NCBI GenBank assembly: GCA_964609855.1
Contig: CAZSTB010000001.1
Location: 27,854-91,853 of the forward strand
Source: an uncultured Bdellovibrionales bacterium
GTDB taxonomy: Bacteria > Patescibacteriota > Minisyncoccia > Moranbacterales > GWC2-37-73
DNA: 64,000 nucleotides
Direction: 5' to 3'
Within the stretch, counting starts at the first letter, position 1; every line of letters starts with the position of its first letter. Shown here in pieces: positions 39,681 to 48,512 of this stretch. Under the pieces are notes generated by a model. It had not been told where the DNA came from. It did not search any database and was given only the letters and a program-made list of their open reading frames with translations. Position numbers and translations under genes: made by a program.

Positions 39681-41486
39681 ATGAACAATAACGTTGAAGA
39701 AATAAAATCGCGGCTCAATATCGTGGATATTGTAGGCGAATACGTGCGGCTTACAAAGGGAGGGGCAAACTGGAAAGGCTTGTGTCCTTTTCATGGCGAA
39801 AAAAGTCCTTCATTCATGGTTAATGAAGAGAAACAGATTTTTCATTGTTTCGGCTGTACGAAAGGTGGGGATGTTTTTACTTTTGTGCAGGAAATTGAAA
39901 GTTTGGAATTTCGCGAAGTGCTGAAGATTTTGGCTGAAAAGGCTGGCGTACAGCTGCAAGAATATAAGGGTGGGCAACCGCAGGATAATAAAAAAAGAAT
40001 AACCGAGGCCTTGGAATTGGCAACAAAATTTTATCAAGATCAGCTTGAAAACAGCGCTGCGCGTGAGCTAATTTCTAAGTATTTACATGATAGAGGCCTA
40101 AATGACGAAAGTATTGCGAGATTTCGCTTGGGATATGCGCCGGCAGGATGGGACAACATTATCAAGCATCTTACGGAAAAAGGATTTTCAACCGCGGAAA
40201 TCGAAAAAACTGGACTGTTAGTTGTGAAAGACCAGCAAAATGCTGGCCAGCAAGCATCAAGCAGATATTACGACCGCTTTCGCGATAGAATCATGTTTCC
40301 AATTTGCGACCCCATGGGTGCAGTTGTGGGATATAGTGCTCGCGTGGCTCCTGGTCAGGATGAATCGCAGGCAAAATACATCAATTCTCCGGAATCGCTA
40401 GTTTATCATAAGAGTAAAGCGCTTTATGGAATCAATCTGGCAAAAAGCGAAATTAAAAGAAAAAATTACGTACTTTTGGTAGAGGGAAATATGGACGTTA
40501 TTGCTTCTGCACAGGCAGGTTTTGGCAATGCGGTTGCGGTTTCCGGTACAGCCCTTACTTCTGATCAATTAACTTTGCTTAAGCGTTATACGGAAAATAT
40601 TGCTATGCTTTTTGATATGGATAGTGCAGGGCAACAAGCCGCTGAAAAAAGTGCTGATTTGTGCTTCCAGATGGGAATTAATGTTAAAATCGTGGTGCTT
40701 AGCGATGGAAAAGATGCCGCTGATGTAGTTGCAAAAGACCCAAATTTGCTAGTGGAAGCGGTGAGAAATTCCGTGGCGGCAATGGAATATTTCTTTAATA
40801 ATGCGCTTTCTAAGCACGATAGGCATAGTGCGGAGGGAAAACGCAATATTGCTAAGGAGGTTTTGGCTCATGTGGTTAATCTTGAAAGTCAGATTGAAAA
40901 AGCTCATTGGATAAAGAAAATCGCCCATGAAGTTGATGTGGAAGAAAAAGTAATCAATGACGTACTAAAAAATATTGCGCCTCAAGCAACGCAAATTCGT
41001 CAGCAAAATCCGATTGTTGAGGAAGAAAGTTCTTTTCAGCGTCGTTCGGATATAATTAGAGATTCGCTGGTTGGCGCAATCATGAGCAGTGCTAAAGTTT
41101 GGAAAGAGATTTCTGAGACTAGGCTTGCCGAAGATTGGGTTGGTGCTGATAAATTGATTGAGTTCATTTTGACAAAGGGGATTGAGGTTGATTTCTCTTT
41201 TGATGCACTTTTGGCTTCAGTAAGCGACACAAGGGCAGCTGAGAAGCTCAGGAAAATTTATTTTGAAACCAAATACAGGTTTACGCAAGATGGGGTAATT
41301 GAATATGGAGCTGAAGATTTGCGTCAATTGACACTCGGATTTATCGCGCAATACGTCAAGGAATTGCAAAAAGAAAGACTTCATAGTATCATAAAGGAAA
41401 TTGAGGCAGCTGAACAAAAAGGGGATAAAGAGACCCTCGCCAAATTAATGAGCGAGTTCACAAAGCTTTCTCAGGAAATGAGATGA
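39681..41486 (+). CDS. dnaG: DNA primase
   Basis: CPFHGEKSPSF zinc finger, DRFRDRIMFPI, KYINSPE, TOPRIM VEGNMD, FDMD. Confidence 0.98.
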   Translation: MNNNVEEIKSRLNIVDIVGEYVRLTKGGANWKGLCPFHGEKSPSFMVNEEKQIFHCFGCTKGGDVFTFVQEIESLEFREVLKILAEKAGVQLQEYKGGQPQDNKKRITEALELATKFYQDQLENSAARELISKYLHDRGLNDESIARFRLGYAPAGWDNIIKHLTEKGFSTAEIEKTGLLVVKDQQNAGQQASSRYYDRFRDRIMFPICDPMGAVVGYSARVAPGQDESQAKYINSPESLVYHKSKALYGINLAKSEIKRKNYVLLVEGNMDVIASAQAGFGNAVAVSGTALTSDQLTLLKRYTENIAMLFDMDSAGQQAAEKSADLCFQMGINVKIVVLSDGKDAADVVAKDPNLLVEAVRNSVAAMEYFFNNALSKHDRHSAEGKRNIAKEVLAHVVNLESQIEKAHWIKKIAHEVDVEEKVINDVLKNIAPQATQIRQQNPIVEEESSFQRRSDIIRDSLVGAIMSSAKVWKEISETRLAEDWVGADKLIEFILTKGIEVDFSFDALLASVSDTRAAEKLRKIYFETKYRFTQDGVIEYGAEDLRQLTLGFIAQYVKELQKERLHSIIKEIEAAEQKGDKETLAKLMSEFTKLSQEMR

Positions 41487-41655
41487 TAACAAAGACTGGT
41501 AACCGCCGGTTTTTGGTGTTTGTGTGCGAATGGCAGCATGTTTGCCGAGCGGACACAAACAAAAAAGGCATCTCTTTTCTTGTTTTATGCAAGAACTACG
41601 TTTTTTAATTTGTGTATCTTTCGAATGATTTAATTTGTTCGAAAACAAGTCTCTT

Positions 41656-43083
41656 ATGAAAAAAGTGCAAAAAAAGGTGGCCAAAAAAATAGTTCCAGCA
41701 AAGAAGGTGGCAAAAGCTGCAATAAAAAAAGTTGCAAAAATTTCACCGAAAAAAGTTGCTGTTGCTGCAAAGAAAACTGTAAGTAAAGTTAATGTAAAAA
41801 AAATCGTGCCAAATAAAAATGCTAAAGCAGTTAAAAAAAACGTAGCAAAGAAGCCTGAAGTGAAAAAACCTGAACCTGCTGCTAAAAAGATTGAACAAAA
41901 AGCTCACACTCCAAAGCAGGCGCCTCTTAAGCATGGCGATCAGAAAAAACCAGCTCCTAAAGCTGTTAAGAAAGAAGAAGTTTCTGAAAAAGTTGATATT
42001 ATCGGTGAATTGATTGCGCGTGGAAAACAAAGAGGCTTCGTCACAGAAGATGAGATCATCCACCTTTTGCCAGAAATTGAAGAAGAGATAGAGGAGCTTG
42101 AAAATCTTTATGAAAGATTGGAGACAGCGGGTGTTAAGGTTGTCATCTCAGATGATATGCTTAAGATAGATTCTGACAAGGAAGCCGAAGCTTTCGAGAA
42201 GAGCAAAAAGGAAAAAAATGCCGACATGCTTTTAAGTGAGGGAATCGAAGACAGTTCTTCCGACTTAGTGCAGATGTATCTTCGTGAAATTGGTCGCGTG
42301 CCGCTTTTGAAATCTGAGGAGGAAGTAAAGCTAGCAAAGGCCAATGAAAAAGGAGACCTTGCTGCTAAGCAAAAATTGACTGAAGCAAACCTACGTTTGG
42401 TTGTAAGTATCGCAAAAAAATATGTGGGACGCTCTCATAATCTTTCCTTGCTAGATTTGATTCAGGAGGGAAACATCGGACTTTTTCGCGCAGTAGAAAA
42501 ATTTGATTACCGCAAAGGTTACAAATTCTCAACTTATGCAACTTGGTGGATTCGCCAAGCAATTACGCGAGCCTTGGCTGACCAATCAAGAACAATTCGT
42601 ATTCCTGTGCATATGGTGGAAACGATTAACAAGTATACGCAGATTACTAGAAGATTAGTTCAGGAACTCGGACGCGAACCTTTGCCAGAAGAAATTGCAG
42701 CTGAAATGAATTTAGAAGTCGACAAAATTCGTCATATTCAAAAAATTTCACAGGAAACGGTTTCCTTAGAAACGTCTGTGGGAGACAGCGACGACGACAG
42801 TGTACTTGGAGACTTCATTGAAGACACGGAGACCGTTATGCCTCACCAGGTTGCTTCACGCAAGCTTTTAAAGAACCATGTGGGCGAAGTTTTGACTGAT
42901 CTTACTCCTCGCGAACAGAAAATTCTGAAAATTCGTTTTGGATTGGAAGATGGCGTTACTCACACCTTGGAAGAAGTTGGAAAAGAATTTGGGGTTACAC
43001 GCGAACGTATTCGTCAGATTGAGGCGAAAGCACTTGAAAAAATCAGACAACACAAAGGTATCAGCAAATTGAAAGATTATTAA
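41656..43083 (+). CDS. rpoD: RNA polymerase primary sigma factor with Lys/Ala-rich N-terminal extension
   Basis: [45 protein letters not shown]; follows dnaG. Confidence 0.97.
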   Translation: MKKVQKKVAKKIVPAKKVAKAAIKKVAKISPKKVAVAAKKTVSKVNVKKIVPNKNAKAVKKNVAKKPEVKKPEPAAKKIEQKAHTPKQAPLKHGDQKKPAPKAVKKEEVSEKVDIIGELIARGKQRGFVTEDEIIHLLPEIEEEIEELENLYERLETAGVKVVISDDMLKIDSDKEAEAFEKSKKEKNADMLLSEGIEDSSSDLVQMYLREIGRVPLLKSEEEVKLAKANEKGDLAAKQKLTEANLRLVVSIAKKYVGRSHNLSLLDLIQEGNIGLFRAVEKFDYRKGYKFSTYATWWIRQAITRALADQSRTIRIPVHMVETINKYTQITRRLVQELGREPLPEEIAAEMNLEVDKIRHIQKISQETVSLETSVGDSDDDSVLGDFIEDTETVMPHQVASRKLLKNHVGEVLTDLTPREQKILKIRFGLEDGVTHTLEEVGKEFGVTRERIRQIEAKALEKIRQHKGISKLKDY

Positions 43084-43106
43084 ACTGGTTTCCATATCTT
43101 TATATC

Positions 43107-43140
43107 TTGCAAATGCGTCTCGCAAGGGACGCATTTGCAA
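43107..43140 (+). terminator. Hairpin after rpoD
   Basis: ttgcaaatgcgtc-tcgcaagg-gacgcatttgcaa. Confidence 0.7.
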
Positions 43141-43219
43141 TTCTTTCTCTCATTTGCAAACTCTTGCCAGGCTGAAAAACATTTGTTATACTGATTTTGT
43201 TATCAAAAATTTAATATAT

Positions 43220-43291
43220 TCCGGCGTAGCGCAGCGGTAGCGCAGTTGACTGTTAATCAATTGGTCGTAGGTTCGAATCCTACCGCCGGAG
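43220..43291 (+). tRNA. tRNA-Asn(GTT), integration target
   Basis: Acceptor TCCGGCG/CGCCGGA, anticodon arm TTGA-ctGTTaa-TCAA, GGTTCGAATCC; CCA not encoded. Confidence 0.96.
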
Positions 43292-44848
43292 CACAATAGG
43301 ATGAAGAGATGCGAAAGCGTCTCTTTTTCCTTTTATGGAGCCACTTTCAGCGAGTTCGAAAGTACTATTTATCCTAGGCATCCATTCTGACATGAATTCA
43401 AACCCTAAGGTGTAGTTTGGCCTGATTTTATCGGCATTTAATGTAAGGTTCGAAAAAATATGACTTAAGAGTAGTCTTTTTTCTTCAGTGCTTGCTTCTG
43501 GGCATTTGTAGATTTCAGATGCCTTTAGTGCGAGTTCATGAATAGCAAGTCCAGCTTCATAATAGGCAGCACGAGACTCTCCTAATTTTTTGAGAGCTAT
43601 CACTGCATCTTCTTTTTCTTTTGCAGATTCATCCATCATCTTTTGACAGAGTTCCATAGACATCTTTCCATCAAGCTTGTCCCTGTAGGCATTTTCATAG
43701 CGTTTGTCAGCGGTTTGAATGGTTCTTGTAAATTCATTTCTTCTTAGTGTATTGTGTTCTATCTCGTCGTCGTGACTTTCTCTCAATGCCTTCTCGAGAA
43801 TCTTGAGCACACGCTCATTCTTTGGGGCTACATTGTCAAATAGAGGAAAGAGTTGATCTTCTACCTTCTCTTGCCTGAGATAGGTCCTCTGGCTACATTT
43901 TTTGTAATGATTGCAATGGCCATACCAGTGCCCTTTTTGGGTTTCCCAAGTAATTAACCCACCACATTCGTCGCACTGAATTTTTGCCTTGAATACGGGC
44001 AGATGCTTTTTAAAGCTAGGGTTGGCTCTTTTGCGACTCATTATTCCTTGAACTGCGTCAAATAAGTCTTTGGATATGAGCGGTTCATGCTTACCTGGAC
44101 TCTGCACTCCATTCCAAGTAATGATGCCATAATAATAAGGATCGCTGAGTAGTTGATGTATTCTACTTATGACAATTTTTCCACCAGCAACACTACGAAG
44201 TCCCTCTTTAGTTATTGTCTCAGTGATTGCCTTAAGGGAATAATTCCCTGTAGCGTAAAGCTCAAATGTTCGCGCCATAAGTGGACCCATAACTTCATCA
44301 ATAACATGACTCTTGCGACCCTTTTCTCCAATAGTTTTATAACCAGCCTTGGCTCTTTGAGGAAATTCACCTTGAGCTATTTTTTCTTTTTGACCTTTCT
44401 TTACCTCTTCAGAAAGATTATCGATATAAAATCTCGCAATTGCAACTTTCATATTCCAAACAAGACTTTCATGAGCCTTTGTGTTTTTGTTTAATATAAA
44501 TGATTCTTTTACAAAATGTATTTCGCGTTCAGTGTTCTCAGTAATCCAATCACTTATTATGCCGGCATCTTTTGGGCTACGAGTAAGCCTATCTATTTTT
44601 TCACAAAGTATCGTTAATACATTGTTTTTTGAAGCATAATCAAGCATTTCATTGAAAGTTTTTCGTATTTGTTTTCCACTTGCTGATTCAGATATTTTGA
44701 AAATCTTCTTAATAGCAATCTCGTTTTTTTGTCCGTAGGCTTCCAATAGTGTCACTTGAGCATCTAACGAATACCCAGCATCTTCTTGTTCCTTGGATGA
44801 AACGCGGGCATAGATCACCGCTTTGTTGTTTTTGTTGGCATTTTCCAT
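43280..44848 (-). CDS. Large serine recombinase (resolvase + recombinase + zinc ribbon + coiled coil)
   Basis: YARVSS (catalytic Ser), SESAS, EKIDRLTR, CDECGG...C..Y..C; the stop codon lies inside the tRNA-Asn T-arm. Confidence 0.95.
   Translation of the reverse strand: MENANKNNKAVIYARVSSKEQEDAGYSLDAQVTLLEAYGQKNEIAIKKIFKISESASGKQIRKTFNEMLDYASKNNVLTILCEKIDRLTRSPKDAGIISDWITENTEREIHFVKESFILNKNTKAHESLVWNMKVAIARFYIDNLSEEVKKGQKEKIAQGEFPQRAKAGYKTIGEKGRKSHVIDEVMGPLMARTFELYATGNYSLKAITETITKEGLRSVAGGKIVISRIHQLLSDPYYYGIITWNGVQSPGKHEPLISKDLFDAVQGIMSRKRANPSFKKHLPVFKAKIQCDECGGLITWETQKGHWYGHCNHYKKCSQRTYLRQEKVEDQLFPLFDNVAPKNERVLKILEKALRESHDDEIEHNTLRRNEFTRTIQTADKRYENAYRDKLDGKMSMELCQKMMDESAKEKEDAVIALKKLGESRAAYYEAGLAIHELALKASEIYKCPEASTEEKRLLLSHIFSNLTLNADKIRPNYTLGFEFMSEWMPRINSTFELAESGSIKGKRDAFASLHPIVLRR
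43302..43328 (+). terminator. tRNA-Asn terminator supplied by the element (inside the recombinase CDS on the opposite strand)
   Basis: AAGAGATGC-gaaa-GCGTCTCTTTTT. Confidence 0.75.
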
Positions 44849-44871
44849 ATGATTTTGATTTTATAAAGACG

Positions 44872-44975
44872 CTAAAGGGACGGTTCTGACTTACCCAACT
44901 AACCACGAGGATTGTCGGCAGAACCGCCCCTTTAGGGCGACAATATAAAGTCGTGGTATTTATAATTGGGTAAGT
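44872..44975 (-). promoter_or_regulatory. Structured 5' leader of the recombinase gene
   Basis: Two overlapping sets of long inverted repeats between TATAAT (44982-44987) and the ATG. Confidence 0.6.
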
Positions 44976-45042
44976 ATCTACATTATACATTTTCTGCAGC
45001 AAAATAAAAGCCAAAAAGTAAACCAAAGTAAACAGATGATGG

Positions 45043-45483
45043 TTAACTTTCTCTTTTGTGACCTTGAATTTCTCTAAGTATCCTGTGAGCTTGTTGTTTT
45101 GCTGTTTTTGGGCTAAATCCCGCCAGCACCGCTGCTCTAGTAGCGTTTCCCCTTGAACTAATAAATCCATAAAGAAAAGAGAGTCTTTTCATTGATGGGG
45201 CATTAAACATAGGTAGTTGCTTTAATGAGCTATCATTCATTATCTCATCTGCTATATAATGAAATAATAGTCCGTGAGGCTTATGAAAAATTAAATCTCT
45301 TATAAATAGCGCTTCTTGCAATGTAAATTTAGGTGAAGGATTTCGTTTTTTATAATTCACGTTATCTGAAAGAAGATTAAGTATATTTATAAGTTCCTCG
45401 GTAGCAATAATGGCGCGTTTTTTCCTCATTTTTTTTATTTTCATTAGTGGTTTTTTATTGTACATATTGATCGATAACCTCAT
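45043..45483 (-). CDS. Protein with C-terminal terminase-small-subunit-like HTH
   Basis: F..GFISSRGNATRAAVLAGFSPKTAKQQAHRIL resembles the GNATQAAIRAGYS.KTA...A..LL TerS HTH signature. Confidence 0.65.
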   Translation of the reverse strand: MRLSINMYNKKPLMKIKKMRKKRAIIATEELINILNLLSDNVNYKKRNPSPKFTLQEALFIRDLIFHKPHGLLFHYIADEIMNDSSLKQLPMFNAPSMKRLSFLYGFISSRGNATRAAVLAGFSPKTAKQQAHRILREIQGHKRES

Positions 45484-45664
45484 CTAATAATTTTGAAATA
45501 GTTATCTCTTGAAGTTTTGCTATCTCTTTTAATTTTTCATATCTGGTTTTTTCAATTCGTTCTTGTTGAGTGATCCTTTTTGGTTTTAATCTTTTCGAAA
45601 GGATTTTAAGTGCATTTTTATTGGCTTTCTTAGCTATTTTTTCCTGTTGAGTGAAATCAATCAT
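45455..45664 (-). CDS. Ribbon-helix-helix DNA-binding protein
   Basis: QERIEKTRYEKLKEIAKLQEITISKLLDEVIDQY. Confidence 0.7.
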   Translation of the reverse strand: MIDFTQQEKIAKKANKNALKILSKRLKPKRITQQERIEKTRYEKLKEIAKLQEITISKLLDEVIDQYVQ

Positions 45665-45960
45665 ATTTTTGTTACCAATTACTATTTAGAACTGCTTTTG
45701 AGGCATCATATAACTCTTTATGACTTATAGAGAGAATAGAGTATTAAGTCAGTTGTGCGGGCGCACAAATTTTTGTCTGAGAATACTTTACCCAAGTTAA
45801 TTATTGATGGACAAATGACGCACCCCGTTGAGAATCAGTCACTCAGAGCGGGGGTTTGGATTTATCCACCAATAATGTTTGCAGCCGGTTTTTTATTCCA
45901 GGGGATTCGCTGACCGCCCCTGCTCTATAATTTGTAAATGTTAGGCTTAAAAAGCCTGAG

Positions 45961-46149
45961 TTAATTCTTTTCAGGAATCACTTCAGGATTTTCAATAGTA
46001 GTCATTCTCCGGTATTCAATTTTTGCAAGCAAGTCAAAATAAGCAACAAGATCGCTCATGATTTTGCGCGCATCGCTGATTGTTATTTCTCGTCCGTATT
46101 CCTCAGCCACAATCTGCTGAAACTCAATTATTGTTTCTTCTTTAATCAT
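45961..46149 (-). CDS. Small hypothetical protein (62 aa)
   Basis: Helical EFQQIVAEEYGREIT..DA...LVAYFDLL; palindrome directly upstream and hairpin downstream. Confidence 0.7.
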   Translation of the reverse strand: MIKEETIIEFQQIVAEEYGREITISDARKIMSDLVAYFDLLAKIEYRRMTTIENPEVIPEKN

Positions 46150-46151
46150 AA

Positions 46152-46180
46152 AATCGCATTAGGATATTCCTAATGCGATT
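46152..46180. promoter_or_regulatory. Perfect 13-bp-arm palindrome, putative operator
   Basis: aatcgcattagga-tat-tcctaatgcgatt, 2 bp upstream of ATG 46149. Confidence 0.6.
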
Positions 46181-46232
46181 ATCGATCTTTATGAAGTTTT
46201 AATATAATACACGCAAGTTTAACTTACGTGAA

Positions 46233-47072
46233 TTATGAAAAGGAGGCTTCTTTTAGGGCCTTTTTGAATCTCGCAATGTATGTTCCGACCTTCTGATAAT
46301 CACCGACCCATCCCATTTTCTTGGAAATTTCTTTGTAAGTCAGTTCTTGTTTGTACCTGAGATCATAAACTTTTTTATAGTTATTGAACTCTTTGTAAGT
46401 TTTGAATCTTTTAAATCCAGTAGGTTTTATGCTGTAGCTTTTTGTATTTTTTGAATCAAGCACTAATACGTCATTGTTTGGAAAAGATATTTTGCCTGTA
46501 TTCTTTTTCAGGTATCCAAGTATATTTCTGTGCTTTTCAATGTTTTTCCATTCCTTTGCTACTTGTTCTAGCGTAGTATCAGAATAAATTTCTATTTTTA
46601 ATCTAAGTAGGCCACCATCATTTTCAGTTCGATAATCTAATTGAGATGGGATAATAGGGTCTATATTGTCGTTATTTAAAAATGTGAAGTATTCAATTGC
46701 ATTTTTCCACCTCGGGTGGATATTAAACTTTACTAATATGTTTAAAATTGATGAGTCGTACTGTATCTTTATTTTTTCATTTTCACAAACTTTTTTAAGA
46801 TATTTGATGCAGTTTTCTTCACTTGTAAATCCTTGAGGCGGTATGCTGAAGGTTTCTCTTAAGTTATTGACTTCATCTATGAATTTGTCATTTGCAATTA
46901 AAAACAAAAATTTTTCCTTGTTGACTGTAAACTTATTGATTTTTGGTCGAATTGAATAGGGATCTTGAAATAAATCAAACTTCCATTGTTCAAAACAACC
47001 AGCATCTCTATATTTAATTTTTGTTAACATTTTCATAGTATAAAGTGTAGCTCTATATTGTAAATCTTTCAA
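46233..47072 (-). CDS. Hypothetical protein with C-terminal HTH
   Basis: VYDLRYKQELTYKEISKKMG...VGTYIARFKK. Confidence 0.6.
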   Translation of the reverse strand: MKDLQYRATLYTMKMLTKIKYRDAGCFEQWKFDLFQDPYSIRPKINKFTVNKEKFLFLIANDKFIDEVNNLRETFSIPPQGFTSEENCIKYLKKVCENEKIKIQYDSSILNILVKFNIHPRWKNAIEYFTFLNNDNIDPIIPSQLDYRTENDGGLLRLKIEIYSDTTLEQVAKEWKNIEKHRNILGYLKKNTGKISFPNNDVLVLDSKNTKSYSIKPTGFKRFKTYKEFNNYKKVYDLRYKQELTYKEISKKMGWVGDYQKVGTYIARFKKALKEASFS

Positions 47073-47114
47073 TTATTTATAATCTATGATAATCTGTAGT
47101 TACAATTAAATGCC

Positions 47115-47375
47115 TAAACTTCACGGATTCCCGCGGAGCATGGCAAAAAATACCGACTAAAGTATATCAAGCTCTCCATCCAGAGCACTTTAGTCGGTCG
47201 TGCGTCGAAAGGCGTGCGGGTGTCCGCAAGGACATCGCTGGTGGGGAGCTTTATGTTTTCCACCAAAAAAAATCCGACTAAAGAAATGAAAAAAAGAATA
47301 AACTTATCTCGCATAGTATTTTTCGCTATGGCTTCTTTCGAAGTCATGTTTACAACCTTTTAAGGTTGTTTTTTT
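47115..47375 (+). ncRNA. Structured leader RNA with GNRA tetraloops preceding a 36-aa peptide ORF and terminator
   Basis: accgactaaagt/actttagtcggt stem, gcgtc-GAAA-ggcgt, tgtcc-GCAA-ggaca, SD-sequestering hairpin, terminator acaacc-ttttaa-ggttgttttttt. Confidence 0.5.
47253..47363 (+). CDS. Putative 36-aa peptide (not in the ORF track)
   Basis: SD GGGGAG at 47243-47248; MFSTKKNPTKEMKKRINLSRIVFFAMASFEVMFTTF*. Confidence 0.4.
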   Translation: MFSTKKNPTKEMKKRINLSRIVFFAMASFEVMFTTF

Positions 47376-47407
47376 GTCGTTAATTATTTTTACTTAATAA
47401 AATTATT

Positions 47408-47830
47408 ATGAAAAATGCAATCAAAAGAATCTTTCAAGGAAGGCTCGCGCGAAAACACTATTTCTTAGCTCACATTTATATCCTTTTTCCAATTGCATTT
47501 ATTGGTGGAGTCATGGGTTCATTATTAGGTCTTAATAGTTTCGAAATGGGTATTTTCATTGGTTCGGTGCTTTTTCCAATTATTATAATACCGGTTACAG
47601 TTAGAAGACTTCATGATTTAGGCTTAAGCGGATGGGTTTTACCTATATTTTTCCTTGTCCCTTACCTTGGAAATAATTTTTCACTTCAAATCTTAGTAGG
47701 ACTACTTTTTTCAGGATATTTATTTTTTTATCAAGGCAAACAGGACGCTAATAAGTATGGCAAACCAGCACAAAAGGACAGAAAATTCTGGGATGCAGTT
47801 TTAAATAGAAACATTGCTAATGTTAATTGA
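47408..47830 (+). CDS. DUF805 family membrane protein
   Basis: FQGRLARK.YF, VRRLHDLG.SGW, NKYG. Confidence 0.88.
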   Translation: MKNAIKRIFQGRLARKHYFLAHIYILFPIAFIGGVMGSLLGLNSFEMGIFIGSVLFPIIIIPVTVRRLHDLGLSGWVLPIFFLVPYLGNNFSLQILVGLLFSGYLFFYQGKQDANKYGKPAQKDRKFWDAVLNRNIANVN

Positions 47831-47831
47831 T

Positions 47832-48122
47832 ATGAAAGCACTAAATACGTTCAAATACATAATTGCAATAATCGCTATAATTTTTATTTTTTTCAGTTGG
47901 AAAATATCGCTATTATTATTTGTAATTGCATCCATCGCACACGCTTTTCCATTGGGTCCATACATGCTTTTAAATACGCTGGCAGGTTATTCATTGATTG
48001 GTGGCATACTTTATTTGTTTGTGAGCTGGAAAATAGGCGCGGTGCTAATTATATGCTCAATCTTGATTGTAAAGTTCAGGGCTTGGACTAATAGTGTGAA
48101 TGTTGATTACTACAAGAAGTAA
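47832..48122 (+). CDS. Small membrane protein
   Basis: Hydrophobic, with an internal F.SWKI repeat. Confidence 0.65.
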   Translation: MKALNTFKYIIAIIAIIFIFFSWKISLLLFVIASIAHAFPLGPYMLLNTLAGYSLIGGILYLFVSWKIGAVLIICSILIVKFRAWTNSVNVDYYKK

Positions 48123-48147
48123 ATAAAACGATAATAAGATACGAAAT

Positions 48148-48441
48148 ATGCCAAAATTTTTAGCAACAACCTGTCCTCACTGCAAGGGAGAATTTGAAAA
48201 GAAAGTCCTGGATCTTATTTGTGGCGGAGTTAAATACTCATCCGATGAGTACAATGTGAGTTCAGAGGGTACATACACGCGCAAGACGCCTCATCTTCAG
48301 AGATGCCCCTTGTGCGACCACTTGATGAACGAGGAAGACTGGAAGCAGGTGAAACAACGATATAGATACGAGGATGATCCTAAGCCGATTCAAACCAAGT
48401 GGCAAAACTTTAAATGGTGGAGTAAACGCTTTTTACCGTGA
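48148..48441 (+). CDS. Small zinc-ribbon-like protein
   Basis: CPHC...CPLC. Confidence 0.6.
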   Translation: MPKFLATTCPHCKGEFEKKVLDLICGGVKYSSDEYNVSSEGTYTRKTPHLQRCPLCDHLMNEEDWKQVKQRYRYEDDPKPIQTKWQNFKWWSKRFLP

Positions 48442-48476
48442 TTTTTCTTCTAATAAGGAGTTGATTGAAGTGATAT

Positions 48477-48508
48477 TTGACATTATACGCATTCAATGCG
48501 TATAATGT
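48477..48508 (+). promoter_or_regulatory. Promoter TTGACA-N18-TATAAT overlapped by a perfect 14-bp-arm palindrome
   Basis: acattatacgcatt-c-aatgcgtataatgt (48480-48508); ATG at 48513. Confidence 0.8.
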
Positions 48509-48512
48509 AGAA

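Noticed and set aside
44895-44910. CGTGGTTAG resembling the start of a pistol ribozyme
   Set aside because: The remaining pistol consensus elements are absent
47130-47140. CGGAGCA, a 7-bp match to the tRNA-Asn 3' end, as a possible attR
   Set aside because: No GTTCG-like motif at 18 bp, and joining gives only LRGNP* with no RT.EW tail; 56252 fits much better
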